Of a DNA stretch of 64,000 bases, positions 27,706-36,671 are shown piece by piece (position 1 is the first letter of the stretch; the number at the start of each line of letters is the position of its first letter). Below the pieces are notes generated by a model, which made no database searches, had not been told where the DNA came from, and saw only the letters and a program-made list of their open reading frames with translations. The stretch comes from a bacterium (GTDB lineage: Bacteria; Patescibacteriota; Minisyncoccia; Phycocordibacterales; UBA9973): contig JBAXTD010000001.1 in assembly GCA_037130335.1 (NCBI GenBank), forward strand, positions 25,683 to 89,682. The letters run 5' to 3'. Made by a program: the position numbers and the translations under genes.

Positions 27706-29097
27706 ATGGCAAAAGAAAAATATAAAATAACATTTTGTTCTGGAGCAGAGACGGTGACAGGCGCAGATTTTTTGTTGGAAGGACCGTTAGACAGTACTGG
27801 TCAACCACTGCTGCGAATTCTCGTTGACTGCGGATTGGTGCAAGGAGAAAAGTTGGCCCAAGAAGAAAACTGGGAACCTTTTTCGTATGATCCCAAAACG
27901 ATTGATTATCTTTTTGTTACACACTCACACATCGATCACATCGGTCGGATTCCAAAATTAGTTCACGATGGATTCAAAGGCAAGATTATCGCAACTCCAC
28001 CGACATGTGCGCTTGTAAAGCCAATGCTTGAGGATACATCGGCAATTTTGTCACACGATACCGAACATCATCTCGATGAAATTTATAATGCAGATGTACT
28101 CAAACAAGCACTCACGGGTTGGATCGATTTGCCATATGAAAAAGAATATCAATTGATTCCAGAAATTAGTGTTTCATTGCATGATGCAGGACACGTGCTC
28201 GGTTCTGCATACGTGACGTTCAAACTTGGAAAAACAAAATTAACGTTCACAGGTGATTTGGGAAATTCTCCATCGCCAATTTTGAAAGATACAACTCCAA
28301 TGACTGATAGTGATTATTTGTTGATTGAGAGTGTGTATGGAGACCGATTACATGAAGCACGTGATAAACGTCGAGACATGCTCAAAGACGTTTTGCTTGA
28401 GAATTACAAAAAAGAGGGAACGCTCATCATTCCTGCGTTTTCACTCGAACGTTCGCAAGAAGTTATTTTTGAAATCGATAAATTAATTGAGACAAAACAA
28501 ATTCCCAAAATGCCGGTGTATTTGGATTCGCCACTTGCGATTACAGTGACCGATATTTATCGTGAATATAAAGATTGTTTTAATGATGACATTCGCACAC
28601 ACATCGAAAAGGGTAATGATCCGTTTGCGTTTCCTGGACTTGTCGAGACCGTTGATGCTGAGGAATCAAAAGCGATATTGCACAAACCTGATCCAAAGGT
28701 AATCATTGCAGGAAGTGGAATGTCTTCTGGTGGACGCGTGCTTCATCATGAACAAAATTATCTTTCAAATAAAAACAATACACTGCTCCTTATCGGCTAT
28801 CAAGCGGTTGGTACACTCGGACGTAAACTCGAAGAGGGTACACCGTATGTTACGATCAACAAACAAAGTATTCCTGTGCATGCATCAATCAAAAATATTA
28901 GTGGATATTCGGGGCACAAAGATAGTGATGCACTTGTCGAATTCGTATCACATTCCGCTAGCACGTTAAAAAAAGTGTGGACAGTGATGGGTGAACCTAA
29001 ATCTACATCATTTCTCGCGCAAAAAATAAAAAATGAACTTGGGCTCGATGCAGAATCTCCCGAAGGTGGAAAATCAGTTATCATTGAATGCGAATAG
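27706..29097 (+). CDS. MBL-fold beta-CASP family ribonuclease (RNase J/CPSF-like)
   Basis: HSHIDHIG (HxHxDH) metallo-beta-lactamase motif. Length and downstream motifs fit the beta-CASP RNA-metabolising family. Confidence 0.75.
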   Translation: MAKEKYKITFCSGAETVTGADFLLEGPLDSTGQPLLRILVDCGLVQGEKLAQEENWEPFSYDPKTIDYLFVTHSHIDHIGRIPKLVHDGFKGKIIATPPTCALVKPMLEDTSAILSHDTEHHLDEIYNADVLKQALTGWIDLPYEKEYQLIPEISVSLHDAGHVLGSAYVTFKLGKTKLTFTGDLGNSPSPILKDTTPMTDSDYLLIESVYGDRLHEARDKRRDMLKDVLLENYKKEGTLIIPAFSLERSQEVIFEIDKLIETKQIPKMPVYLDSPLAITVTDIYREYKDCFNDDIRTHIEKGNDPFAFPGLVETVDAEESKAILHKPDPKVIIAGSGMSSGGRVLHHEQNYLSNKNNTLLLIGYQAVGTLGRKLEEGTPYVTINKQSIPVHASIKNISGYSGHKDSDALVEFVSHSASTLKKVWTVMGEPKSTSFLAQKIKNELGLDAESPEGGKSVIIECE

Positions 29098-29679
29098 TTG
29101 TATAATATATTTAGTATGCAAAAAAGATATCCGCTCATTTCACTATACGATGCGCACAGCGACAAAGAAATCTTTGGCGATCCACAAATTGTGTCGAATG
29201 CACACAATCTCGCCCTTTCGCTCGCAAAAGCCAAACTCGGCACTGTTGGTCGCATTGGCTCGCAAGTGGTGACCACAATTCTCACAACGCTTATGGAGCA
29301 CGGTGTAAGTGCTGTTGGAATTTCTCCAGCTGCCACAGAACGCGAACACCAAGTCGCATATCGTTTACCTCACGTATCATTTCCGACAATTTATTCTGGA
29401 CGGGGTGCGCTCGGTGCTGACGTGATGGCACTTTCATCGAGTCATGGAGTATTGATTGCTGGATCAGATGAGGAGTCACTTCTCGGCGTGCTTGGGTGTG
29501 TGGGTGATAGAGGAATTCCAATTGGCATCTTTACCTACGAAGACCCGACCGAAGTCCGCAGACGAGTCAATAATCATTATCCTAATCTCATGCTTCATAT
29601 CTTTGTTTCAAACGAATCAGACAAACTCGTGCACGACATTGCATTTGAAATGAGGAAGCAGCATTTAGAGAAAAAATAA
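29098..29679 (+). CDS. Hypothetical protein, possibly Rossmann-fold LOG/SLOG-like
   Basis: 193-aa ORF with glycine-rich YSGRGALGADVMALSS...GVLIAGSDEES segments. The family assignment is uncertain. Confidence 0.5.
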   Translation: MYNIFSMQKRYPLISLYDAHSDKEIFGDPQIVSNAHNLALSLAKAKLGTVGRIGSQVVTTILTTLMEHGVSAVGISPAATEREHQVAYRLPHVSFPTIYSGRGALGADVMALSSSHGVLIAGSDEESLLGVLGCVGDRGIPIGIFTYEDPTEVRRRVNNHYPNLMLHIFVSNESDKLVHDIAFEMRKQHLEKK

Positions 29680-29733
29680 CAACGCACAAAAAAATTCACC
29701 CCGAGCGGGGTGAATTTTTTTGTGCGTGTTGTT
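29678..29733. terminator. Long perfect-palindrome bidirectional terminator
   Basis: AACAACGCACAAAAAAATTCACCCCG-AGC-CGGGGTGAATTTTTTTGTGCGTGTTGTT, sitting between convergent genes. Confidence 0.75.
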
Positions 29734-29741
29734 ATGTTTGA

Positions 29742-30086
29742 TTACGCGAGAGTTTTCATAACTCGTGCCATTGTTTCTGGCTTGTGTTCTGCGAGGTAGG
29801 CGAGAGATTTGCGATCGATGGTAATGCCTTTCTTTTTGATTGTGCCCATCAATTTTGAGAATGATGTGCCATTTTCTTTGGCCATTGCTCCGATTTTGAT
29901 TTGCCATACTCCGCGGTTTACTCGTTTTTTGAGTTTGCGGTGTGCAAATGCATAACTACCAGCTTTTTTGATTGCTTCTTTTGCAGCAGCTTCTTTAGTA
30001 CTGCGTCCAAAACGAAATCCTTTTGTTTGTGCAAGGATATTTCGGCGACGCTTCATTTTTATAACTCCTCTTTTTACTCGTGACAT
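29742..30086 (-). CDS. rplT: 50S ribosomal protein L20
   Basis: MSRVKRGVIKMKRRRNILAQTKGFRFGRS. Confidence 0.93.
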   Translation of the reverse strand: MSRVKRGVIKMKRRRNILAQTKGFRFGRSTKEAAAKEAIKKAGSYAFAHRKLKKRVNRGVWQIKIGAMAKENGTSFSKLMGTIKKKGITIDRKSLAYLAEHKPETMARVMKTLA

Positions 30087-30110
30087 ATAGGTTTAGGTAA
30101 ATCTGATAAT

Positions 30111-30296
30111 TTAGTTAAATGGTAATACGTGACTGCGTACTTTTGCTGGGATGTGGAAACTTTGGCCAACTTTTCCTGAAAGTTGTTTTGAACGAGATTG
30201 CTTTGCATTAAAATGGTTGAACCCAGGCTTGCGGGAAATTGTCTTTCCGTTTTTGGTGAGCTTCAATCGTTTTGTGTATGACTTATTTGTTTTCAT
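30111..30296 (-). CDS. rpmI: 50S ribosomal protein L35
   Basis: 61 aa, MKTNKSYTKRLKLTKNGK... Confidence 0.88.
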   Translation of the reverse strand: MKTNKSYTKRLKLTKNGKTISRKPGFNHFNAKQSRSKQLSGKVGQSFHIPAKVRSHVLPFN

Positions 30297-30339
30297 ATTC
30301 TCTTGGTTAATAAATTATAATGACTAAACTTTAGATGTT

Positions 30340-30852
30340 CTATTTCGCTTTTTCGATAACGAGTGCAAGACCTTTAGGTCCTCGCTTTGGTTCCTCTGCA
30401 ATTTTGTACGGTTCAGTAATGAATTGAAGAATTCTATCGAGACGTTCTTTCAAGAATTTTTCATCTTGATATTTAGTGCGTCCAGAAAGATATAATTCAA
30501 CTTTGATACGATGGCCTTCTTTGATCCATCCTGAAGCTTGTTTAGCTTTGAGTTGGAGGTCGTGTTCGCCAGTTGCAACTTTAATTTGAATTGCCTTTGT
30601 TTCTGTACGTTTTGAACCAGCTTTTATCTTTTTATCTTTCTTGTTTTCAAGATATTGATATTTACCGAATTCCATAATCTTTGCGACTGGGGGATTGGCT
30701 TCTGGTGCAACTTCGATCAAATCAAGTCCGCGGCTTTGTGCAAGTGCGAGTGCGTCTTTGAGAGACAAAACTCCCAAATTCTCACCCTCATCGCCCAAAA
30801 CGCGAAGTTCAACAGCCCGTATTTGCAAATTTGTTCTTGTTCTCGCTTTCAA
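30340..30852 (-). CDS. infC: Translation initiation factor IF-3; the start is TTG
   Basis: LRVLGDEGENLGVLSLKDALALAQSRGLDLIEVAPEANPPVAKIMEFGKYQY. The initiator codon is non-AUG (TTG at 30850-30852, read on the minus strand), as is usual for infC. Confidence 0.9.
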   Translation of the reverse strand: MKARTRTNLQIRAVELRVLGDEGENLGVLSLKDALALAQSRGLDLIEVAPEANPPVAKIMEFGKYQYLENKKDKKIKAGSKRTETKAIQIKVATGEHDLQLKAKQASGWIKEGHRIKVELYLSGRTKYQDEKFLKERLDRILQFITEPYKIAEEPKRGPKGLALVIEKAK

Positions 30853-30953
30853 TGTTTTTTGTCGACTGCCTAAATAGATAGAAGTCGTATGAGGCTTATA
30901 ATAGCGTACTTTGGGGTGTTAGTCAATCACTTGGCCTTTATACTTTTGTCATT

Positions 30954-31418
30954 ATGGACTATACTCAAACTGGTATGGAATCGTATATCGAAAGTCGAAA
31001 AGTTCGCTTTAATTATGAGTTGCTTGAGCAATATGTTGCCGGCATCGAGCTTTTTGGCTTTGAGGTCAAATCAGTTCGAGCAGGGCATGGTTCGCTCGAG
31101 GGCGCACACATCATTTTGCGTGGACACGAGGCGTTCGTTGTAGGTCTAAAGATTGATCCATACCAAATCGGCAATACTCCACCGGGGTACGATAGGGAGC
31201 GCACGCGCAAACTACTCATTACCAAAAAGGAAATTCTCGACCTCGAGGAACAAGAGGCAAAGAAAGGTTTGACAATAGTTCCTTTGTCATTGTATAATAA
31301 AAATGGCAAGGTAAAGCTTGCATTTGCCGTCGCTCGCGGAAAGAAGCAATTCGATAAGCGAGAGACGATCAAAAAGCGAGATACTGATAGAGATATTGGT
31401 AGATTGTTGAAGAGATAA
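30954..31418 (+). CDS. smpB: SsrA-binding protein SmpB
   Basis: FNYELLEQYVAGIELFGFEVKSVRAGH...KKQFDKRETIKKR. Confidence 0.9.
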   Translation: MDYTQTGMESYIESRKVRFNYELLEQYVAGIELFGFEVKSVRAGHGSLEGAHIILRGHEAFVVGLKIDPYQIGNTPPGYDRERTRKLLITKKEILDLEEQEAKKGLTIVPLSLYNKNGKVKLAFAVARGKKQFDKRETIKKRDTDRDIGRLLKR

Positions 31419-31507
31419 CTGTTTGGTTTGATAACTTAATTTGTTTAACCATTTTTGCCCGTACGTACGCGAGTACGCGAACTTAGGGCGAAACGTTAAA
31501 CCGTTTC

Positions 31508-31910
31508 GGGGATGAAATGAATAGACAAAGAGTCTCATTTTGTTTGCGCATGTCGAGCATGGAAACACTCTCGTAAAACGTTTTCCAAAAATCCAAATGC
31601 AAAAACAATTGGTATGAAATCACCTTACTTCAATAGTAAAGATTTCAATTTCGCGCTCGCTTAATAATATAAGTCAGCCGAATGTTCTCTTGGTGGATTT
31701 CTAATAAACCATGAGAGCATAATTTTTTAGAATAGGTGAGTGCATCGCTTCAGGCACAAACCGAAATAACCGAAGCTCGGATTGCGTATGTTTTGTTATT
31801 TCTAAAGTACGCAGTTTTAAAGTTTGCTCTCGGGCAAACAAAAAATAACTATACATGTAGACTCGAATAGAATACCTTTTTGCACGGGGGTTCGCTACCG
31901 CCCATCTCCA
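31508..31910 (+). ncRNA. ssrA: tmRNA (transfer-messenger RNA), one-piece, about 403 nt
   Basis: The 5' GGGGAUG pairs with the 3' CAUCUCC to give a G3:U70 Ala-identity acceptor stem, followed by discriminator A. There is a T-arm GGGGG-UUCGCUA-CCGCC. The resume codon GCA lies 91 nt from the 5' end and opens a 21-codon frame ending ...NFALA-UAA-UAA (31599-31664). smpB is immediately upstream. Confidence 0.75.
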
Positions 31911-31919
31911 CTCGTTGAA

Positions 31920-31950
31920 AAAAGAGCCTGCTTTATGCAGGCCTTTTTTC
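31920..31950 (+). terminator. Intrinsic terminator after the tmRNA
   Basis: AAAAAAGA-GCCTGC-TTTAT-GCAGGC-CTTTTTTC. Confidence 0.7.
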
Positions 31951-32131
31951 TTGAGCGGAGATGAGGACGACAACTGCTTGTCGTCCGGGGCGGTAGCGAA
32001 AGGCGCAGCATGTCGGCTTGCCGACGGCGAGCCGGGCTCCCGATTTTTTAGTCGGTATACCGACTGTTAAAATCGCAGTGCCCTTTGGGTGGTTGCGAAA
32101 ATTCCGAGCGACGGCGAGGAATTATTTGTGA

Positions 32132-32148
32132 CCGCCCACCCATCTCCA
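32132..32148 (+). repeat. Direct repeat of the tmRNA 3' terminus (att-like)
   Basis: CCGCCCACCCATCTCCA at 32132-32148 repeats CCGCCCATCTCCA at 31898-31910. An inverted partial copy, GAGCGGAGAT...GGGGCGGTAGCGAA, lies at 31953-32000. Confidence 0.6.
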
Positions 32149-32272
32149 CTTTTAAACAAAACCCTTATGTCACAATAAATACGTTTTTTTGTATTTTGAC
32201 CTGTCTTTTTGCTGTTTTTTATGTATAATGCAATGGTCAGATTTGCTAGATATTATCTAATTTTTATATTTT

Positions 32273-34228
32273 ATGAACCCATTTAACAAAGAAAAACAAG
32301 AAAAAAAGGATGCAGGTGCTCCAGGAAAGATTCCTGAAAAAAGAGATGGTGAAAATACTCCAAAGTTTTTCAAACAAATTGTATTGGCCGTATTTATTTT
32401 TATGCTCATTTCTGCGGCATATATTGTCATAACTGGTGGTATCTCAAAAACAAAAGATATTTCTCTCAGCGAACTCGCAAAGGACGTGTCGGCTGGTACC
32501 GTAAAATCAATTTCTGTTTCGGGAGATAGTTTGGCTGTGACGATGACAAATGGTGACAAGGTAACTTCCAAAAAAGAAATTGAAACATCACTTTCTGAAA
32601 CACTCAAAAATTATGGAGCAACAGGAGACAAAATTGCTGCGGTTGATACAACGGTTATTTCTGAATCTGGATTTATGTATTGGTTGATGAATTTGTTGCC
32701 AATTATTTTGCCAGTACTTCTCATTTTGTTTTTGTTTTGGTTTCTCACACGACAATCAAAAGGTGGTGGGGGAATGCAAGCGTTTACGTTTGGACAAACA
32801 CGCGCTCGTATCACTGATCCAGACGATATGAATAATCGTGTGACATTCAAAGACATCGCTGGTGCCAAAGAAGCAAAAGAAGAACTCAAAGAAATTGTAG
32901 ACTTTTTGAAAAATCCAAAAAAGTTTCTCGACATTGGTGCACGAATTCCAAAAGGGGTAATTTTAACTGGTGCTCCAGGAACTGGAAAAACGTTGCTTGC
33001 ACGCGCTGTTGCGGGTGAGGCAAATGTGCCATTTTTTCATCTCTCTGGTTCTGAATTCGTGGAAATGTTTGTCGGTGTTGGCGCATCACGTGTGCGTGAC
33101 CTCTTTGCAAAAGCAAAAAAGTCTTCACCGTCAATTATTTTTATCGATGAAATTGATGCAGTCGGTCGCGTACGTGGAAGTGGCGTCGGTGGAGGAAATG
33201 ATGAACGCGAACAAACACTCAACCAAATTCTTGTCGAGATGGATGGGTTTGAACCAAACGAAAAAGTAATTGTGATGGCTGCAACAAACAGAGGTGACGT
33301 GCTCGATCCTGCGCTTCTTCGTCCAGGACGTTTTGATCGACGTGTTGTTTTGGATTTGCCTGACCGTTCTGATCGTGAAGCAATTCTCAAAATTCATGCA
33401 CGCAAAAAACCTCTCGCAGAAGATGTGAACTTGGTTATTATCGCTGAGAGAACTCCAGGATTTTCGGGGGCTGATTTGTATTCACTTATGAACGAAGGTG
33501 CAATTTTGGCGGCACGCGAAAATCGTAAAAAAGTTTCGCAATTTGATTTGGTGCGCTCAATTGAAAAAGTCATGCTTGGTCCTGAACGTAAGAGTCATTT
33601 GCTCAGTGACAGAGAGAAACGTGTCACTGCATATCACGAAGGCGGGCACGCGCTTGTGGGTTCAGTTATGCCAAAGGCGGATCCTGTTCACAAGGTTTCA
33701 ATTATTGCACGTGGTCGTTCGGGTGGATACACGCTTTCAATTCCACTTGAAGAAACAAAAATGCAAACAAAAGGAGAATTTCTCGATGATATTGCAATGA
33801 GTCTTGGTGGATACGCTGCGGAGAAATTAATTTTTGGAGATATTACAACTGGTCCATCAAATGATTTGCAAGTTGCGACAAATCTTGCGCGTGCAATGGT
33901 TACGAGATGGGGAATGAGTGACGAAATCGGACCGCTTGCACTTGAGTCAGATGGTGGACGAACAATTTCTGGAGGCAATCCTGTGTCTGGCGAAATGTCT
34001 GAAAAAGTTCATTCTCAAGTTAATGCCGAGGTAAAAAGTATTATGGAAACAGCACTTACTCGTGCAACAAAAGTTTTGACCGATCATCGCAAAGTGCTCG
34101 ATGCGATTGCGGATAAATTGTGTGAAGTTGAAACTTTGGAACAACCAGAATACGAAGAAATTCTCAAGGCCCACGGAATTAAATTAAAGAAAAAAGAAGA
34201 TATCGTAAGTAATATTGCAAAAGCATAA
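32273..34228 (+). CDS. ftsH: ATP-dependent zinc metalloprotease FtsH
   Basis: [18 protein letters not shown] Walker A, AAA SRH, and the HEGGHA zinc motif. Confidence 0.95.
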   Translation: MNPFNKEKQEKKDAGAPGKIPEKRDGENTPKFFKQIVLAVFIFMLISAAYIVITGGISKTKDISLSELAKDVSAGTVKSISVSGDSLAVTMTNGDKVTSKKEIETSLSETLKNYGATGDKIAAVDTTVISESGFMYWLMNLLPIILPVLLILFLFWFLTRQSKGGGGMQAFTFGQTRARITDPDDMNNRVTFKDIAGAKEAKEELKEIVDFLKNPKKFLDIGARIPKGVILTGAPGTGKTLLARAVAGEANVPFFHLSGSEFVEMFVGVGASRVRDLFAKAKKSSPSIIFIDEIDAVGRVRGSGVGGGNDEREQTLNQILVEMDGFEPNEKVIVMAATNRGDVLDPALLRPGRFDRRVVLDLPDRSDREAILKIHARKKPLAEDVNLVIIAERTPGFSGADLYSLMNEGAILAARENRKKVSQFDLVRSIEKVMLGPERKSHLLSDREKRVTAYHEGGHALVGSVMPKADPVHKVSIIARGRSGGYTLSIPLEETKMQTKGEFLDDIAMSLGGYAAEKLIFGDITTGPSNDLQVATNLARAMVTRWGMSDEIGPLALESDGGRTISGGNPVSGEMSEKVHSQVNAEVKSIMETALTRATKVLTDHRKVLDAIADKLCEVETLEQPEYEEILKAHGIKLKKKEDIVSNIAKA

Positions 34229-34254
34229 AGCAATATAAAAAATAAAAAGCAAAT

Positions 34255-34285
34255 GCAAAAAAATTCCCTTTAGGGAATTTTTTTG
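34255..34285 (+). terminator. Intrinsic terminator after ftsH
   Basis: AATTCCC-TTTA-GGGAATT followed by TTTTT. Confidence 0.65.
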
Positions 34286-34307
34286 CTAGTATACGTAGGT
34301 AACCAAC

Positions 34308-34381
34308 CCGTCCTTAGCTCAGTTGGTTAGAGCACAGAGCTTATACCTCTGGGGTCCCTGGTTCGAATCCAGGAGGACGGA
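34308..34381 (+). tRNA. tRNA with anticodon UAU (Ile, AUA-decoding)
   Basis: Hand-folded cloverleaf. The 7-bp acceptor pairs CCGTCCT with AGGACGG. D arm GCTC-AGTTGGTTA-GAGC, anticodon stem CAGAG/CTCTG around loop CTTATAC, T arm CCTGG-TTCGAAT-CCAGG, discriminator A. A TGcTAGTAT element lies 15 nt upstream. Confidence 0.8.
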
Positions 34382-34415
34382 CAAGTATAAAAAAGTTTGT
34401 GAGTCAAAACAATAA

Positions 34416-36269
34416 TTAATTTTTTATTGACGATAAATCAGCTTTCTTCTGATTCATAATAGTATTGTATGCACGGACAAAACGGTATCGTATATTTTTG
34501 TGTGGGGGGATATAATCTTTGAAATCTGGATTGTTGCCGAGGTTTTGTTTGAAATATGTCCAAAGACTTTCCCAGTCGAGATCATGCCCCATACGCAATT
34601 CCTCGTTTATTTTTTTTAGCATTGGATCATTTACTTTCATTGTTCCTTTGCCCATTGTCGAAGAGACTTGAGTGTTTGGTGATCGATCTAGGATTTTACT
34701 GAGCTCGTGGTATCCACCGCAGGATCCAAGCGCCACAAAACCAACGGTCGAAGGAATTCTCGGTATCATATCATCTGCATGAGTACTGTGTCCGCGGAGT
34801 ACAGCAATATTTATATTTAATTTTTTTGAAGCAAGTATTGAATTTATATCATTGTCTCCCTCTTCTTCGTTTGAGGGTTTATTTGCAAAAATAATAATTG
34901 GTGCGCCTTTGTGTGAAGAAATTTCAACATAATGTTCGTGTGTTGCGATGTGCCACTGTGGATCAGATTCATATTGGTTTAAAAAACTTCGGTATGAAGC
35001 ATCTCCATCAGTATCATCATAAAAGAAATATCGCTCAACGCTTATGCCGTTCGAATTGATTAGTTTATTATATGGTAGCTTAGAAATAGTTTCGATTGGA
35101 TGTTCATTAGAAAGTGTTTGAAAAAACTTTTCCTTGGTATGGCTTTTTTTTTGATACATGGAGCCGAGAAGTCCGTACACGGTTTCAATCTCATGATTTG
35201 ACTGTGCAGTTTTCTGGTAATTATTTTGAATAATATCGCCGAGTTTTTTTAGAATAAATGGATCGTCTATTGATGCAATCGCGTCTGCAACAACGGAACC
35301 TTCTTTAACTTTTTCTTTTTCACTCACGATACCTTCAACGAACCATGTTAATAATTTATCTTGTTCTTCTTTTGACATTGTGTGCAAAAAATCACCGAGT
35401 CGATTATATGAGGCACATTGGCCGATAAAAGTTCTTCCTTGGTCGAACCCCGAATTTTCAAGCATTGAATAGCCACTCATGCCTTTATTTTTGAGTTTTG
35501 TTGTTATTAGTTTATATAATTCGAGGAAAGTCGACGTTGTAATTTCTTCTTGACCATACCCACACAGAAAATAGATTTCTTCTGGAGATGAATGAATAAC
35601 GCTGGCAAACTGGTTTTTTTGACCATGAAGTTCGTTGATATCCATCATTGAGTATTCAGCTACGTTCTTAATAGAAGACAGGACATCGGCTTTGCCAATC
35701 GGATTTTTTGACTGAAGTGTATATACGTATGCTGAAAAAAGACGCCTTGAATCATTGGCTAGTTTTTGCAAATCATCAACTGTTAAATTATTATCGGATA
35801 TATATTGAATGGCTGCCGCAAGATCGTTTTTTCTTTTTTGAATTGTGGTTTTGTCATAATCTAGTTCACCATCAAGCGAGTCTATATATTTTTTGAGTTC
35901 AAAAAGTTTTTGGGTATATTTATTTTGGTTCTTTTCTAAATTATAATCCGCCTCATTATTGGAGTGGTCGGCTGGGGTATAGTATTGACTTCCTTTGAAA
36001 TGGAAAATTCTGCTAGGGTTTTTGAGCAACGATATCTCGTTTTCGATTTTTGCTTTTGATAATTTGTTTGAATCATTTTTTACTTCTTGTGTTTGTGCTT
36101 GTGAGTTAAGAGCGTTAATTCCAAGTCCTGCTATAAGCATGGCTGATTTTCCGTATTTATGTATTTTTTTTATAAAATTGTCTTTTTTGGGAGCATTTTG
36201 GAGATTTGTGTGCAATTGAACATCATTAGGTTTTGGGTCTGTTTCTGTTCTAAATTCTTTGAATTTCAT
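34416..36269 (-). CDS. Large secreted or membrane-anchored hypothetical protein with a possible C-terminal caspase-like His/Cys motif
   Basis: 617 aa with an N-terminal hydrophobic segment (SAMLIAGLGINALNSQAQ), coiled-coil-like Asn/Lys-rich segments, and the C-terminal motifs IAVLRGHSTHADD and FVALGSCGGYHEL. Confidence 0.6.
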   Translation of the reverse strand: MKFKEFRTETDPKPNDVQLHTNLQNAPKKDNFIKKIHKYGKSAMLIAGLGINALNSQAQTQEVKNDSNKLSKAKIENEISLLKNPSRIFHFKGSQYYTPADHSNNEADYNLEKNQNKYTQKLFELKKYIDSLDGELDYDKTTIQKRKNDLAAAIQYISDNNLTVDDLQKLANDSRRLFSAYVYTLQSKNPIGKADVLSSIKNVAEYSMMDINELHGQKNQFASVIHSSPEEIYFLCGYGQEEITTSTFLELYKLITTKLKNKGMSGYSMLENSGFDQGRTFIGQCASYNRLGDFLHTMSKEEQDKLLTWFVEGIVSEKEKVKEGSVVADAIASIDDPFILKKLGDIIQNNYQKTAQSNHEIETVYGLLGSMYQKKSHTKEKFFQTLSNEHPIETISKLPYNKLINSNGISVERYFFYDDTDGDASYRSFLNQYESDPQWHIATHEHYVEISSHKGAPIIIFANKPSNEEEGDNDINSILASKKLNINIAVLRGHSTHADDMIPRIPSTVGFVALGSCGGYHELSKILDRSPNTQVSSTMGKGTMKVNDPMLKKINEELRMGHDLDWESLWTYFKQNLGNNPDFKDYIPPHKNIRYRFVRAYNTIMNQKKADLSSIKN

Positions 36270-36336
36270 TGATTAATTGTATCATAAAGTAAGTTATTAC
36301 TCAGAATAGGCACTTTTTCGTTTCAAAAGGTTTACT

Positions 36337-36576
36337 ATGTTATACTTGGCTTTCAATAGAAGACAGGAATATGATAAAACACTAAATAATTCAAAACCAG
36401 TGAGTAAACCATGTGTATTTTGCACGGTTCCAGAAATACACGAGAGAGAAATAATTGGAAATGATTTGGCGTTTGCATTCCCGACAAATATTCCAATCAC
36501 CGAAGGCCACACACTGCCACATTTTCATCTACTATTATTCCTCGTAAAGAAGGCGTACAGGGCTTCTCGGTTATGA
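36337..36576 (+). pseudogene. Short ORF with HIT-like motifs; possibly a truncated remnant
   Basis: CVFCTVPE...LAFAF...ITEGHTL resembles the HIT-family N-terminal region, but the ORF stops after 79 aa with no complete HxHxH triad. Confidence 0.25.
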
Positions 36577-36671
36577 TCCACGTAGTATGTTGTATCGCAC
36601 AGGTGACAGAGAACCAACTCCAGAAAGTGAACTAATCGAATTTGTTGAAAAAATAAAATCAGCGATTTAAT

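Noticed and set aside
27314-27725. ORFs 27314..27649 (minus, 111 aa) and 27465..27725 (plus, 86 aa) in the ndk-nuclease spacer
   Set aside because: They overlap each other, the ndk terminator and the downstream gene start. Their translations are low-complexity with no motif. I treat the region as non-coding, a candidate structured RNA.
31508-32148. A single 640-nt tmRNA interrupted by a group I intron in the T-loop, as in some Clostridium ssrA genes
   Set aside because: The first copy of the 3' end (31910) already gives a canonical ~400-nt tmRNA with a T-arm, and an intrinsic terminator follows it immediately. No group I P7/P3 core motifs are visible in the intervening 225 bp.
31951-32150. 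Possible RNase P RNA, because of a CCGGGCTCC match to the P4 strand at about 32030
   Set aside because: No other RNase P universal motifs are present (ACAGAAxCCGGCUUA, GGGUGAAAGGGUG, AAGAGCGCACC). The segment is better explained as an inverted and direct duplication of the tmRNA 3' end.
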